DNA from: Nitrososphaerota archaeon
Lineage (GTDB): Archaea; Thermoproteota; Nitrososphaeria_A; Caldarchaeales; Calditenuaceae
Reading direction: 5' to 3'
DNA: 64,000 bases
Assembly: GCA_041641295.1 (NCBI GenBank)
Contig: JBEPYO010000001.1
Coordinates: 288,001 to 352,000, forward strand
Shown here: positions 1 to 9,666 of the stretch, piece by piece
Layout: each line of letters opens with the position of its first letter
Numbering within the stretch: position 1 is the first letter of the stretch
Position numbers and translations under genes: made by a program
The notes under the pieces: model-generated
Databases searched by the model: none
Told to the model about the DNA's origin: nothing
What the model saw: only the letters and a program-made list of their open reading frames with translations

Positions 1-695
1 CCAACATAGTATAATTCAAAACACTTCTTGGCATCAAGACTTTTATCAATGTACGCCCTCTCCAGGCCCGTCCCCCTTTCCAGTCGCCCATCCCTAAGAA
101 GCCTCTCAGCTAGGCGGGGTATATTCGCACCCGAACAATACGCCTCCCAGTGGCCCCGCCCACCACACCCGCAGTCCATGTATCCAGCCGCATCGATGAC
201 TATGTGGCCTATCTCAGCCCCATTCCCAATTTTTCCTAGGATTAGGTGCCCATTGTCTACAACCCCGCCTCCAATCCCGCTGCTGATTGTGATGTATATA
301 AGATTCCTGACTCCCTCCTCCTTTCTTGACCACCATTCTCCATAGGCGGCCGCGTTACAGTCGTTTAGGAAGTAGTAATCAACGTCCAGCTCCTCCTTCA
401 GATAGGCTAGGAGGGGGATCTCGCGCCCCTTGTCGGCAATGTTGGGGGCCTTCAGGATCACCCCCCTCTTTGAATCCAAGGGTCCGATTGAGGCCACACC
501 ACACCTCCAAATCGCGGACCAGTCCTGGCCCGCCACCTCCCTAGCCAAGTCCAAGAGCGCCCTCGGGACAGACTCAGGAGAGTTGGTTTGTGGGGTTTTC
601 CCACTCTTAAACCGGAGCAGCCTCCCCTCCTCGTTGAACACCCCCACACGCATATTCGTCGCACCCACATCCGCAGCGAGAATAAGCCCGCTCAC
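1..695 (-). CDS. ROK family sugar kinase (glucokinase-like), runs off window start
   Basis: Manual translation from GTG at 695: MSGLILAADVGATNMRVG...LNDCNAAAYGE...SSGIGGGVVVD...GAEIGHIVID...CGCGGRGHWEAYCSG (ROK motifs); not in ORF track. Confidence 0.9.
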   Translation of the reverse strand, partial: MSGLILAADVGATNMRVGVFNEEGRLLRFKSGKTPQTNSPESVPRALLDLAREVAGQDWSAIWRCGVASIGPLDSKRGVILKAPNIADKGREIPLLAYLKEELDVDYYFLNDCNAAAYGEWWSRKEEGVRNLIYITISSGIGGGVVDNGHLILGKIGNGAEIGHIVIDAAGYMDCGCGGRGHWEAYCSGANIPRLAERLLRDGRLERGTGLERAYIDKSLDAKKCFELYYV

Positions 696-757
696 AATTC
701 TAGCACTATTTAACGAGGATTAAAGATTACCGCCCTTCTCGAGCGATGGGACACACT

Positions 758-1168
758 TTAACCACACTCAAACTCTATGGAGAGCGTCAGGACTGTATCG
801 CCTATCCTTAGGATGATGGGGTCGTTGAACGGGTTGACTCCCTTGGACTCCAACAGCTTAACAAGGGATACAATCCTGTCCCTAGGCACAAGGGTTACAA
901 CAGGTTCTGGGACCGCGGACAGGAACTCTCTCCCGAATCTGTTCAGCGCATCCAACCGCTCCTGCCCCTTTTTCACAGCCTCCCCTACGGCCTCCAAAAG
1001 ACCATAACCGCCCACCTCCTCCAAGGATAGCTCCAGAATTGGCGTAAGATCCGGTGCATAGCCCAGCTTCACTCTCACCATCTCTGGGAGCTGCTCCAGA
1101 TATCTGCCCATCGCCCATGAAACCCTTTTCCAGTTCTCAACAAATAGGTTTTGCCCGCTGGACACCAT
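758..1168 (-). CDS. hypothetical protein
   Basis: 136-aa ATG ORF with natural composition, co-oriented with ROK gene; no motif recognised. Confidence 0.65.
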   Translation of the reverse strand: MVSSGQNLFVENWKRVSWAMGRYLEQLPEMVRVKLGYAPDLTPILELSLEEVGGYGLLEAVGEAVKKGQERLDALNRFGREFLSAVPEPVVTLVPRDRIVSLVKLLESKGVNPFNDPIILRIGDTVLTLSIEFECG

Positions 1169-1232
1169 CTCTTTTAAACCGAGTAGTGGAGATATAGTTA
1201 ATTGAGCCGCCCCTCACCGTACATCTTGAGTC

Positions 1233-1841
1233 ATGGAGACAGTGCTTCCACCCGGCCAGAGATATGTGAGAGGATTCATAATCTATGCGGCACTTGGCTT
1301 ACCTGAGGTCGATATTGAGAGCTATAGGCTGAGGGTTACCGGCAGCGTCGATAAGGAGCTGGAGTTCTCATACGAGGCGCTCCTAAATAATCCTGTAAAG
1401 ACAACCTATAGGTCAGACTTCCACTGTGTCACTAAGTGGTCTGTGCGGGATGTTTTGTGGGAGGGTATCCCTGTTAGATGGTTCGCAGAGCAGGCTGGAG
1501 TGAAGAATGGTGCTGCGTGGGTATTTTTCCGCTGTTTAGACGGCTACATGGCTCCAGTCCCCATCGAGGACGCCCTCTCGGAAAAGGCGATTGTGGTCTT
1601 GAAGATGAATGGAGAGCCGCTGAAACTGGAGAATGGATACCCATGCCGGGCCTTCATCCCCCATCTCTATGGCTGGAAGTCTGCTAAGCACCTCTGCGAG
1701 ATAGAGTTCTCAGACACTTATATGGATGGGTTTTGGGAGGCTTATGGCTATCACGAGAGGGGGAATGTTTGGGAAGAGGAGAGGTTCAAGCAAGGTTTTA
1801 GCAGACACGTAAGGAGGAACCCACTTGTCACCCATAAATGA
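1233..1841 (+). CDS. sulfite oxidase-like molybdopterin-binding oxidoreductase (YuiH/MsrP-like)
   Basis: DFHCVTKWS Mo-ligating Cys, NGYPxR, YGWKSAK, GFWExxGYHxRG motifs. Confidence 0.88.
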   Translation: METVLPPGQRYVRGFIIYAALGLPEVDIESYRLRVTGSVDKELEFSYEALLNNPVKTTYRSDFHCVTKWSVRDVLWEGIPVRWFAEQAGVKNGAAWVFFRCLDGYMAPVPIEDALSEKAIVVLKMNGEPLKLENGYPCRAFIPHLYGWKSAKHLCEIEFSDTYMDGFWEAYGYHERGNVWEEERFKQGFSRHVRRNPLVTHK

Positions 1842-1844
1842 TAA

Positions 1845-2564
1845 CTACAGGCCGCCATAGAGGAATAACTGTTCGCTACCAAAGGATGGGATAAAGACTT
1901 TCCGAACTCTTACACCCTTGAGAAATTTCCCAGCCGCTTCGAGGTGCCTCCTCCTTCTTTCAGGACCACCCGTCTGAGGCGAGGCGGGTCCAATGTAGCA
2001 CGAGCAGCGACCACCGCACCTCGCAGCTACAAACCGGTAGAGCTCCTCCAGCCCAACTCCTCCGCCTAGCCACTCCTCTGTTAAATCGAGGACTAATGCG
2101 TCATAATACCCCTCATCATCCCTGATGAATCTGAAGGCATCACCTATCACAAGCCTAGTCCTAGGGTCCTCTAAGGCCTCCTTTACGCCGGGAATATGGA
2201 GTCGACATGCCTCAACCACAAGGGGGTCAATCTCTACAATGGTTACCCTCTCTATACTCGGGCTACTGAGAAGCGCTTTCAGTGTCTGACCGCTACCACC
2301 GCCGAGAACTAAGACGTTTTTCAACCCGCGCCTCAGAACCGGCCCCACTAAAGCCCTGTTGAAAATGTGCGCGTCAAACTCTGTGTGCTGAAGGTTCCCG
2401 TCCAAGAGAAGCATGACGCCGTAGGCCTCATTCTCTATGATGTCTATCCGCTGAAACATTGACCGCCCTCTGAACAGCACCTTCTTAGCATGATATACGA
2501 CGTGGAGGCCGGGGTATGGTTGATAAACAATATACTCCGAGTCGTCGAAGCATATCTTAGGCAT
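1845..2564 (-). CDS. spermidine synthase-like (aminopropyltransferase fold) protein
   Basis: QRIDI..YGVMLLLDG, VLVLGGGSG, VEIDP, GDAF, VLDLT. Confidence 0.8.
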   Translation of the reverse strand: MPKICFDDSEYIVYQPYPGLHVVYHAKKVLFRGRSMFQRIDIIENEAYGVMLLLDGNLQHTEFDAHIFNRALVGPVLRRGLKNVLVLGGGSGQTLKALLSSPSIERVTIVEIDPLVVEACRLHIPGVKEALEDPRTRLVIGDAFRFIRDDEGYYDALVLDLTEEWLGGGVGLEELYRFVAARCGGRCSCYIGPASPQTGGPERRRRHLEAAGKFLKGVRVRKVFIPSFGSEQLFLYGGL

Positions 2565-2620
2565 CCACTACACCCATTCGGATAGACTATATAATCCGTT
2601 TAGGTTTTAATGACCACGAG

Positions 2621-3424
2621 TTGAGAGGCACCATACGACCACTCTACAACGAGTTGGCGGAGCTCTACGAGACGATAGAGGAGAGGAATTACAGGGCAGA
2701 GATCTCGCTCATAGATAGGGTGTTCAGGGAGAATCAAGTCAAGAGTGTAATAGATCTTGGGTGCGGAACAGGCATCCACGTGAGGGAGCTGGCAAGACTA
2801 GGGTACAGCGCAGTAGGGATAGACCTCTCTCCATCAATGATAAGGGTGGCTAAGAAGAGGGCGCGCGGCATAAAACGTGCAAAGTTCGTAAAAGCGGACT
2901 ACTACACCTACAACCCTAAGACAAGGTTCGATGGCGCCCTCTGCCTAAACTGGTCAATCCCAGTCACCCTGAGAGACGTGGAGAGATTCTTCTCTAACAC
3001 GGCCCGCCTCCTAAGAGAGGGGGGCATCCTGATAATAGACTACGAAAGGCCAAGCGATATAGTGTGGGGGGATGTAGGCAGGCCGGTTATCGACTCTTGG
3101 AGGTTTAAGGGAGGCCAGATAGTCCGTGTCTCTGTAGGAGAGATTAGACGAAACGTGATGAAGAGTAGGGACGTCTACATCGTCTTCGGGCAGCCTAGAG
3201 GATTCAGCCCGCCAAGCGAGCGGGAGAGATACTTGGGTAGGTGGAGAGGAGAGAACGTGGTAGTTTTCCTAGATGTATCGCATGTCAGGTTCTATGAGCC
3301 TCGAGAACTTGCGAGAATAGCCTCAAAACACGGTTTCAGCTCCCAGAGAATCTTACCGTTAAAGACGAAGCGAGGATATGTACGGCTCTACAACATATTC
3401 GTCAAGAGGGGGAAGAAAAAATAG
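2621..3424 (+). CDS. class I SAM-dependent methyltransferase
   Basis: VIDLGCGTG, GIDLSPSM, LREGGILI. Confidence 0.85.
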   Translation: MRGTIRPLYNELAELYETIEERNYRAEISLIDRVFRENQVKSVIDLGCGTGIHVRELARLGYSAVGIDLSPSMIRVAKKRARGIKRAKFVKADYYTYNPKTRFDGALCLNWSIPVTLRDVERFFSNTARLLREGGILIIDYERPSDIVWGDVGRPVIDSWRFKGGQIVRVSVGEIRRNVMKSRDVYIVFGQPRGFSPPSERERYLGRWRGENVVVFLDVSHVRFYEPRELARIASKHGFSSQRILPLKTKRGYVRLYNIFVKRGKKK

Positions 3425-3457
3425 TGTTAATATCTGACTCAAGCACATGGATTTGTA

Positions 3458-3676
3458 ATGTCACAAATAAAGGAGCGAAAAGCCAGAATCCCCGACCATA
3501 GACACTGCATCATATGTGGACGGCCGGTTCCTCCTAAGGAGGAGCTATGCTCTGACGAGTGTAAGAATGTCTATGAGGGGAGGCTCAAGAGGGAGAGAAG
3601 AACCCGCCTCCTACTCCTAATACTCTACATAGCCCTGCTAGGCTCTCTCTTCTTTTTCTTCTTCCTCCCCAGATGA
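3458..3676 (+). CDS. DUF2116-like Zn-ribbon membrane protein
   Basis: PDHRHCIICG...CSDEC plus C-terminal hydrophobic helix. Confidence 0.8.
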   Translation: MSQIKERKARIPDHRHCIICGRPVPPKEELCSDECKNVYEGRLKRERRTRLLLLILYIALLGSLFFFFFLPR

Positions 3677-4678
3677 GTGGATCGTGATGGGGGCGACATC
3701 CCTCTCGCTATACAGCCCCCACTTCCCCCCCTCAAGGACAAAAGAGTACACCACACCGGGGACAGGGTCGGCGATGAATTCGCGCATATTCAAGGCATTC
3801 AATAGCTCCCCTAGCCGCCTAGACCCGTTAAGGATAATCAACGCGTCCTCTCCACTATATGTTCTCGGGTTCCAAACACCCCAGTCAACCTCCCCACTCC
3901 TCACATCAGCCAACACCTCCTCGTGTTTTAGGTTTAGGGCACCGTGATTGAGTATTCTTGAGAGTTTCAGCCTGACTTTTCCTGAGAAGAACTTGCCGGC
4001 TCTCTCCGCTGCAGAGAGTAGGTAGTTGATGCCCCCCTTTGAGCCGTAGCTTAGCGAGCATTGGGCGCCTTCAAGATGTAGGTAGGATTTCTCGAGGCCG
4101 ATTTTTAAGAGGCCGCCGGAAGACTTGACCCAAACAACATACAGCTCCGGACCGTGGGTTAGGGATATCTTCAGGGCTGGGCATTTGAGGATTCCCTTAG
4201 CATTCTCGCCGCGCCCTATCAGAAGACCGACCACTTGGCCACGTGGCAAGGCAATGTGTAGGTTAGCCACCGAGTGTAGCTCCATTTTTGAGCTGGGAGT
4301 AAAATCAAAAGACGTTCGTAGTGACTCGCCGATATGATATTCAGTCGCGGTGAGTTCTCCAACTTCTAAGACTCCACTAATCGGTCTCTTAAACTCAAGG
4401 CTGACACGTAACTGTTCTCCTCGGTCTCCGGACACGGCACTTACCGATCTTAGGGGAGTCTTGCCTGTGCTTAGGGCTAAAAGGATCAGGATGACTGCTG
4501 TTACAAATATCAAAAGTGCGGGACTGGGTCCTTGCGGGTTGAGGGGGTCCTGAGGCTTAATAATCATTAGTAAGAGTGAGAGGGCTGTAATTATGGCGCC
4601 GGCTATGATTACTTTCCTCCTACTCACGGGTAAAAATGCCTTGTGTGAAAGCTCGGGGGATAGGTCGACTATCCGCAC
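3638..4678 (-). CDS. hypothetical membrane protein (two N-terminal TM helices, large soluble domain)
   Basis: 346-aa ORF with two hydrophobic segments. Confidence 0.65.
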   Translation of the reverse strand: MRIVDLSPELSHKAFLPVSRRKVIIAGAIITALSLLLMIIKPQDPLNPQGPSPALLIFVTAVILILLALSTGKTPLRSVSAVSGDRGEQLRVSLEFKRPISGVLEVGELTATEYHIGESLRTSFDFTPSSKMELHSVANLHIALPRGQVVGLLIGRGENAKGILKCPALKISLTHGPELYVVWVKSSGGLLKIGLEKSYLHLEGAQCSLSYGSKGGINYLLSAAERAGKFFSGKVRLKLSRILNHGALNLKHEEVLADVRSGEVDWGVWNPRTYSGEDALIILNGSRRLGELLNALNMREFIADPVPGVVYSFVLEGGKWGLYSERDVAPITIHSSGEEEEKEERA

Positions 4679-4712
4679 TCTATGGTTTAGAGCTTCTCAC
4701 ATGCTTATAAGC

Positions 4713-5051
4713 TCAGCGCGATGAATATTGCTTAATTAGCCGTTTACGAACAATAGTCCCCCAAATAAGTGATACTGCGGCAACCGCTCCAAGAAGTTGA
4801 GCCGCAAAGATATTCCCGGTCAGTAGAGAAGCTATCGCTGAGAGGGAAGACGCTGCAAAGGCGAAGAAGTATAGTGGCGCCCTTCTCTCCGACTGCTCGA
4901 GATACTCGCCATGACACCCCCTCAGATGCTTCGAGTTTGTGATTCTGAGGCAGGTTGTCAGGCAGGGGAAACGGGCTGTGAGAGCGTCTACTATTGGGAG
5001 CTGCTCACCACAAAGTACACATTCGCTCATCACATGCTTCTTCGAGGACAA
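4713..5051 (-). CDS. hypothetical Cys/His-rich membrane protein
   Basis: CxxC...CxxxC...H...CH followed by two TM segments; start uncertain. Confidence 0.6.
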   Translation of the reverse strand: MSSKKHVMSECVLCGEQLPIVDALTARFPCLTTCLRITNSKHLRGCHGEYLEQSERRAPLYFFAFAASSLSAIASLLTGNIFAAQLLGAVAAVSLIWGTIVRKRLIKQYSSR

Positions 5052-5119
5052 TTGCTGGGGTCAGTACCTTCGGGATGGATATATATTTTCGGTTTCTACT
5101 TGTAGTCTCGCGATAACAC

Positions 5120-6328
5120 ATGCTTATCATATCCCTTTACAAGGCTGTGCCTGCGAGAACAACTAAGATTGTGACTGTGGGGGGTGTCTTGCGGAGGGAG
5201 GAGATGGATCTTGTTATGAACCCGTTCGACTACAAGGCTATAGAGGCGGCGGACTACCTGAAGAGGGCGTTTGGCGGCAAGGTAGTCTCGCTGACGATGG
5301 GGCCTGATTTCAAGCTTAAGCCCATAGCTACAAGCCTCTATGAAGCTCCTGTCGAGGGTGTTGACGAGTCCTACATTCTCAGCGACAGGAGGATGGCGGG
5401 TGCCGATACTTGGGCTACAGCCTATACCGTCAGCCTAGGTGTCAAAAAGATTGTCGAGACACATTTAGCGGCTGTTGACGAGCTTGTAACTCTTCTGCAA
5501 GCGGGTGTAAGCCCTCAGTCTTTTGCAGAGAAGGCGAAAGAACTCTATGAAAAGAACCTAATCCCAAACATTGTCTACTCTACACTGCCTACGCTCAGGG
5601 GCGAGACTCTGACTGAGAGGTTGTTGAGGGGTGAAATAAGTAGGGAGGAGGCGGTGAGAGTGTTGGAGAAGGTTAGGCAGGAGGTGGGGAGATTCGTAGT
5701 TATTGCTGGTATCAAGACTAGCGACGGAGAGACAGGGAGTACTGGTCCGCAGGTTGCTGAGGCCCTTTCCGGAATGCTTGGCAGATTTATACCGAGCGTC
5801 ACATATGTCAGAGATCTAGAGGCCGACCCTGAGGCAGGGTTCATCTACGTTGAGCGCAAGCTCGGCGATATAGTCCAGAAGCTCCGCGTACCTTTACCCT
5901 GTGTGATAACGATTTCTACCGACTATCGTCCCCGCACTCCGCAGCTAAGGCTGAAGAAGAGGGCTCGCCTATACAATTATGCAAAGAAGGTCCTGGAGAG
6001 CGTGGTCTGGAACGCGGATATGATCGGTGCCAACCCGCAGTTAATCGGGTTGGCAGGTTCTCCGACGATAGTAGGGCCTGGTATAGATATTGGTGGCCCG
6101 CCTGTTCAGAAGTTCGTTGGGAAGACACTTGTGTTCTCAACCCGCGTGGAGGAGTTTGAGTTTAATGGTAAGAAGTATGGACCTTTTGAGAGGCTGAGCA
6201 AGGCTGATGACCTGCCCCCAGATGTTTTAGACCATCTAAAGGAGCGTGGCGTAATCAAGGTGTTTGGTCTTGAGGACCTTGTTGAGGAGTTATTTGGGGT
6301 GAGGGTGAGCATTGCAAGAGAGCAGTGA
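5120..6328 (+). CDS. fixA: electron transfer flavoprotein beta subunit (FixA/EtfB), long form
   Basis: MNPFDxxAIE, TMGP, SDRxMAGADTWAT, DGETGxxGPQ, GLAGSPT. Confidence 0.9.
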   Translation: MLIISLYKAVPARTTKIVTVGGVLRREEMDLVMNPFDYKAIEAADYLKRAFGGKVVSLTMGPDFKLKPIATSLYEAPVEGVDESYILSDRRMAGADTWATAYTVSLGVKKIVETHLAAVDELVTLLQAGVSPQSFAEKAKELYEKNLIPNIVYSTLPTLRGETLTERLLRGEISREEAVRVLEKVRQEVGRFVVIAGIKTSDGETGSTGPQVAEALSGMLGRFIPSVTYVRDLEADPEAGFIYVERKLGDIVQKLRVPLPCVITISTDYRPRTPQLRLKKRARLYNYAKKVLESVVWNADMIGANPQLIGLAGSPTIVGPGIDIGGPPVQKFVGKTLVFSTRVEEFEFNGKKYGPFERLSKADDLPPDVLDHLKERGVIKVFGLEDLVEELFGVRVSIAREQ

Positions 6329-7418
6329 GTATAGGGACGTTTGGGTTTATTGCGAGGTCCAAGACGGAGAGCTTACCCGTCCGACAACTGAGGTGATCGC
6401 CGGGGCGCGGAAGATTGCGGACAAGGTGGGTATGAAGGTCGTGGGCGTACTATTAGGATATAATCTCGGGAAAGTGGCTCGAGAGCCGATCTACTACGGC
6501 GCAGATAAGGTGATAGTATGTGATACTCCTTTGCTGAAGAGCTATCAGGCGATACCTTACGCCTACGTTTTGTCAGACATGGTGCTTAAGCTGAAGCCCT
6601 GGGCCTTCCTCTTTATCGCAAACGAGATGGGTAGGGAGCTCGGCGCCCGTGTAGCATTTAGGACAGTTACAGGACTAGCGGCAGACTGCATAGACCTCCT
6701 CGTTGAAGACTTTGTAATGCATACGCCCCAGGGGACTAAAGTCTTCAAGGACTGCATCGCACAGGTACGCCCAGACTTCGCCACCCGTATAGCCAAGATC
6801 TTCACCCCGAGGCACAGGCCGCAGATGAGCAATATCAGGCCCGGCTCGTTTACACCGCTACCGCGGGACGAGTCTAGGAAGGGAGAGGTGGTTGAATGGG
6901 AGGCTGAAATACCACCAGAGGCTTTCGCCGTCGAGGTTATAGAGGAGTGGAGGCTGCCTAAGAGTCCTGTAAAGCTTGAGGAGGCGAAGGTGATAATCAG
7001 CCTTGGCTTGGGAGTCTTGAAGGATGCTAAGGGAAATCCGAGGAACCCGGCGGAGGCGTATAGATATGCGGAGAAGTTGAAGAATGCAGTTGAGAAGCGT
7101 CTAGGAGTTGTGGCGGAGATAGGTGCGTCGAGGGCTCTAATCTACTCAGGTATCAAGGAGCTTGAAGGCCTGATCGTCAAGGATAGGCAGGTGGGGCAGA
7201 CAGGGAAGACCGTCGCACCAGATATTTACATCGCTGCCGGGATAAGTGGCGCGATACAGCACAGGGTAGGCATCATGAGGGCCAAGAAGATAGTGGCTAT
7301 AAACACGGACCCCGCAGCCCCCATATTCCAGATCGCCCACTACGGCATAGTAGGAGACCTATACGAAGTTCTACCCAAGCTCGCAGAGTACCTCGGAGGC
7401 GGTGGGAATGAAGCCTGA
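6312..7418 (+). CDS. fixB: electron transfer flavoprotein alpha subunit (FixB/EtfA)
   Basis: TGLAADC, QVGQTGKTVAP, GISGAIQH, AINTDPAAPIF. Confidence 0.93.
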   Translation: MQESSEYRDVWVYCEVQDGELTRPTTEVIAGARKIADKVGMKVVGVLLGYNLGKVAREPIYYGADKVIVCDTPLLKSYQAIPYAYVLSDMVLKLKPWAFLFIANEMGRELGARVAFRTVTGLAADCIDLLVEDFVMHTPQGTKVFKDCIAQVRPDFATRIAKIFTPRHRPQMSNIRPGSFTPLPRDESRKGEVVEWEAEIPPEAFAVEVIEEWRLPKSPVKLEEAKVIISLGLGVLKDAKGNPRNPAEAYRYAEKLKNAVEKRLGVVAEIGASRALIYSGIKELEGLIVKDRQVGQTGKTVAPDIYIAAGISGAIQHRVGIMRAKKIVAINTDPAAPIFQIAHYGIVGDLYEVLPKLAEYLGGGGNEA

Positions 7419-9111
7419 CTATGATGTTATAGTTGTGGGCGCAGGCCCAGCCGGTTGCGCAGCGGCTAACTACCTAGCCAGACAGGGGGTTGACGTAGCC
7501 CTAGTTGATAAGGCGCAGGTCCCCGGGCAGAAAAACGTTACGGGCGGAGTGATATACACTCAGTATCTACCCGGGTATAGTTTTGACGACGCATTCCCTG
7601 GATTTCGGGAGGAGGCCCCACTGGAGAGGAAGATAGTTTCCCACGAAGTGGCTGTCTTATCGTGGCCCGAGACAAGGAATGGAAGTGTGGTGTATAGGAG
7701 GGCGCGGATAGGGGAGGACTCGTTCCTAAACAAGATGGGTGTTACAGGCTTTGACCTGACCGGATCGGAGGGGTATTCGGTTCTGAGGGCGAAGCTGGAC
7801 AAGTGGATGGCTAGGAAGGTCTCTGAGAGCGGTGGAGTAGTGGTCACGTACAAGGCGGTGGAAGACCTCTACCTCGAGGGTAACCAAGTAAAGGGAGTCA
7901 TCACAAGTTCTGAGACAGTCACATGTAATCTGGTTATCGATGCCTCGGGTGTAACCTCTAGGCTAGTAGACAGGGCTGGGCTTAGGCCTCTTCTCACCCC
8001 TGATAAAGTCTATCATGGTGTTAAGCATGTCTACAAGCTTTCGCCCGAGAAGATAGAGGAGAGGTTCGGCCTCAAGCCAGGGGAGGGGAAGGCGATCTTC
8101 TACATGGGTGATGTCATGCAGGGCGTGAATGGTGGCGGCTTTCTCTACACTAACAAGGACACGCTTAGCGTCGGGATAGTCATCTCTCTCGACTCATTCC
8201 TTAAACGTGCGCTAGAGGAGATGGAGACCCTCGGTAAACCACTCGACATTCTCGAGAGACTAGAGTCCCACCCAGAGGTTGCACCCCTCCTCGAGGGTGG
8301 TGAGCTAGTAGAGTACTCCGCACACAATATCCCGAAGGGCTATAAAACGATGCTTGCGCAGCCCTACACTTCAGGCTACATAGTTGCGGGGGATGCGCTG
8401 GGCGCCTTTGTCAAGATTGGAGGCCTTATAGATGGGATGAGGCGGGCCGTCGCAACGGGGATTATGGCGGCCCAGGCCTATCTTAGAGCCGCAAAGGAGG
8501 GGGACTTCAGCGCGAAGACACTAGCAATATACAAGGATTTGCTCGCCCCGATTTACAGGGATGTCCAGAAATCGGGTAGGAACGCGATGCTCACGGAGTC
8601 CTCAATCGCATACAGACTTGCGCCGAGGCTTATGCTCAGTCTAACTGGGGAGAGGGTAGAGGCCAAAGTCGTCCAAAGGGAATCAAACCCCCTAGACATC
8701 GACGCGATTAAAAGGGTGCAGGAGAGGACAGGACTTCTGGACTATGATGAGGACAAAGAATACAGCCACATAAAAGTAGATACAGCTAAGGCCTCTGCAC
8801 AAAGGCTGAAGATGTGGGTACCGGCCTGCCCCGTGAACTGCTATACTCTCGTTCTGGAGAAAGGAGTTTTCGCCTCTTTGAAGGACCTCTACAAGTACAA
8901 CCTGGCGAGAAAAATTGCAGAGGGAGTGTCTGAGGAGAGGGCAAAAGCTTTGGCAAGGGCTGAAACGCTACAAGATATGGCACGTGCTAGGCTGAACTTT
9001 GACCACGTAGCATGCGTGGCATGCGGTACATGCGGAATTATCGGTCCGCCAGATATAGTAGACTTCGGCCATGAGAGGGACGGACACGGAGTCAGATTCA
9101 AGTACGGGTAG
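7408..9111 (+). CDS. fixC: FixC (ETF:quinone oxidoreductase-like flavoprotein) fused to FixX ferredoxin
   Basis: GAGPAG FAD motif, GGGFLYTNKDTLSVG, EYSAH, GDA; C-terminal ACPVNCY...CVACGTC...GHGVRFKYG. Confidence 0.88.
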   Translation: MKPDYDVIVVGAGPAGCAAANYLARQGVDVALVDKAQVPGQKNVTGGVIYTQYLPGYSFDDAFPGFREEAPLERKIVSHEVAVLSWPETRNGSVVYRRARIGEDSFLNKMGVTGFDLTGSEGYSVLRAKLDKWMARKVSESGGVVVTYKAVEDLYLEGNQVKGVITSSETVTCNLVIDASGVTSRLVDRAGLRPLLTPDKVYHGVKHVYKLSPEKIEERFGLKPGEGKAIFYMGDVMQGVNGGGFLYTNKDTLSVGIVISLDSFLKRALEEMETLGKPLDILERLESHPEVAPLLEGGELVEYSAHNIPKGYKTMLAQPYTSGYIVAGDALGAFVKIGGLIDGMRRAVATGIMAAQAYLRAAKEGDFSAKTLAIYKDLLAPIYRDVQKSGRNAMLTESSIAYRLAPRLMLSLTGERVEAKVVQRESNPLDIDAIKRVQERTGLLDYDEDKEYSHIKVDTAKASAQRLKMWVPACPVNCYTLVLEKGVFASLKDLYKYNLARKIAEGVSEERAKALARAETLQDMARARLNFDHVACVACGTCGIIGPPDIVDFGHERDGHGVRFKYG

Positions 9112-9147
9112 AAAAATTTAATACACAGCCCAACCAGAAAATAGAAC

Positions 9148-9666
9148 GTGGCGTTAACATCAGTTACAAATGTAATACGGACCAAGCTAGACGTGCGAAA
9201 CTTCTCACCTAAAGATGTGCCGTGGGAGGATAAGATCAGCATACTTGATGCGGGTAGGATGGCAGGGTCTGGCATGAACAGCCAGCACTGGCGCTTCATA
9301 CTCCTAGATAAGCGCGAGGACCTCCAGAAGCTCGCAGACCTAAGCATTACGGGTAAATGGGTGAGTGGCGCAAACTTTGCTGTAGTAGTTCTTACCGATT
9401 CGAGATACGCTTGGCACCTCCTCGACGCCGGGCGGGCTATAACAAATATGATGCTAGAGGCTTGGAGCCGGGGCATAGTCTCATGCATCTGTACAGGCTA
9501 TAACGAGGAAGCCCTGAGGAATTGGCTGAAGATTCCTCCTAACTATGCTATTGCGGGGTTCGTCGGATTCGGCTATCCCGTGAAGAGGATTATAGGCAGG
9601 AAGAATAGATTACCTCTGGAGCAGATTGCCTATTATGGACGGTTCGGAGAGCCACTCAAGAAGTAA
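9148..9666 (+). CDS. nitroreductase family protein
   Basis: VRNF, AGRMAGSGMNSQHWRF, GFGYP, KNRLP. Confidence 0.88.
   Translation: MALTSVTNVIRTKLDVRNFSPKDVPWEDKISILDAGRMAGSGMNSQHWRFILLDKREDLQKLADLSITGKWVSGANFAVVVLTDSRYAWHLLDAGRAITNMMLEAWSRGIVSCICTGYNEEALRNWLKIPPNYAIAGFVGFGYPVKRIIGRKNRLPLEQIAYYGRFGEPLKK

Noticed and set aside
28-723. Plus-strand ORFs 28..345, 326..544 and 430..723
   Set aside because: Antisense shadows of the minus-strand ROK kinase.
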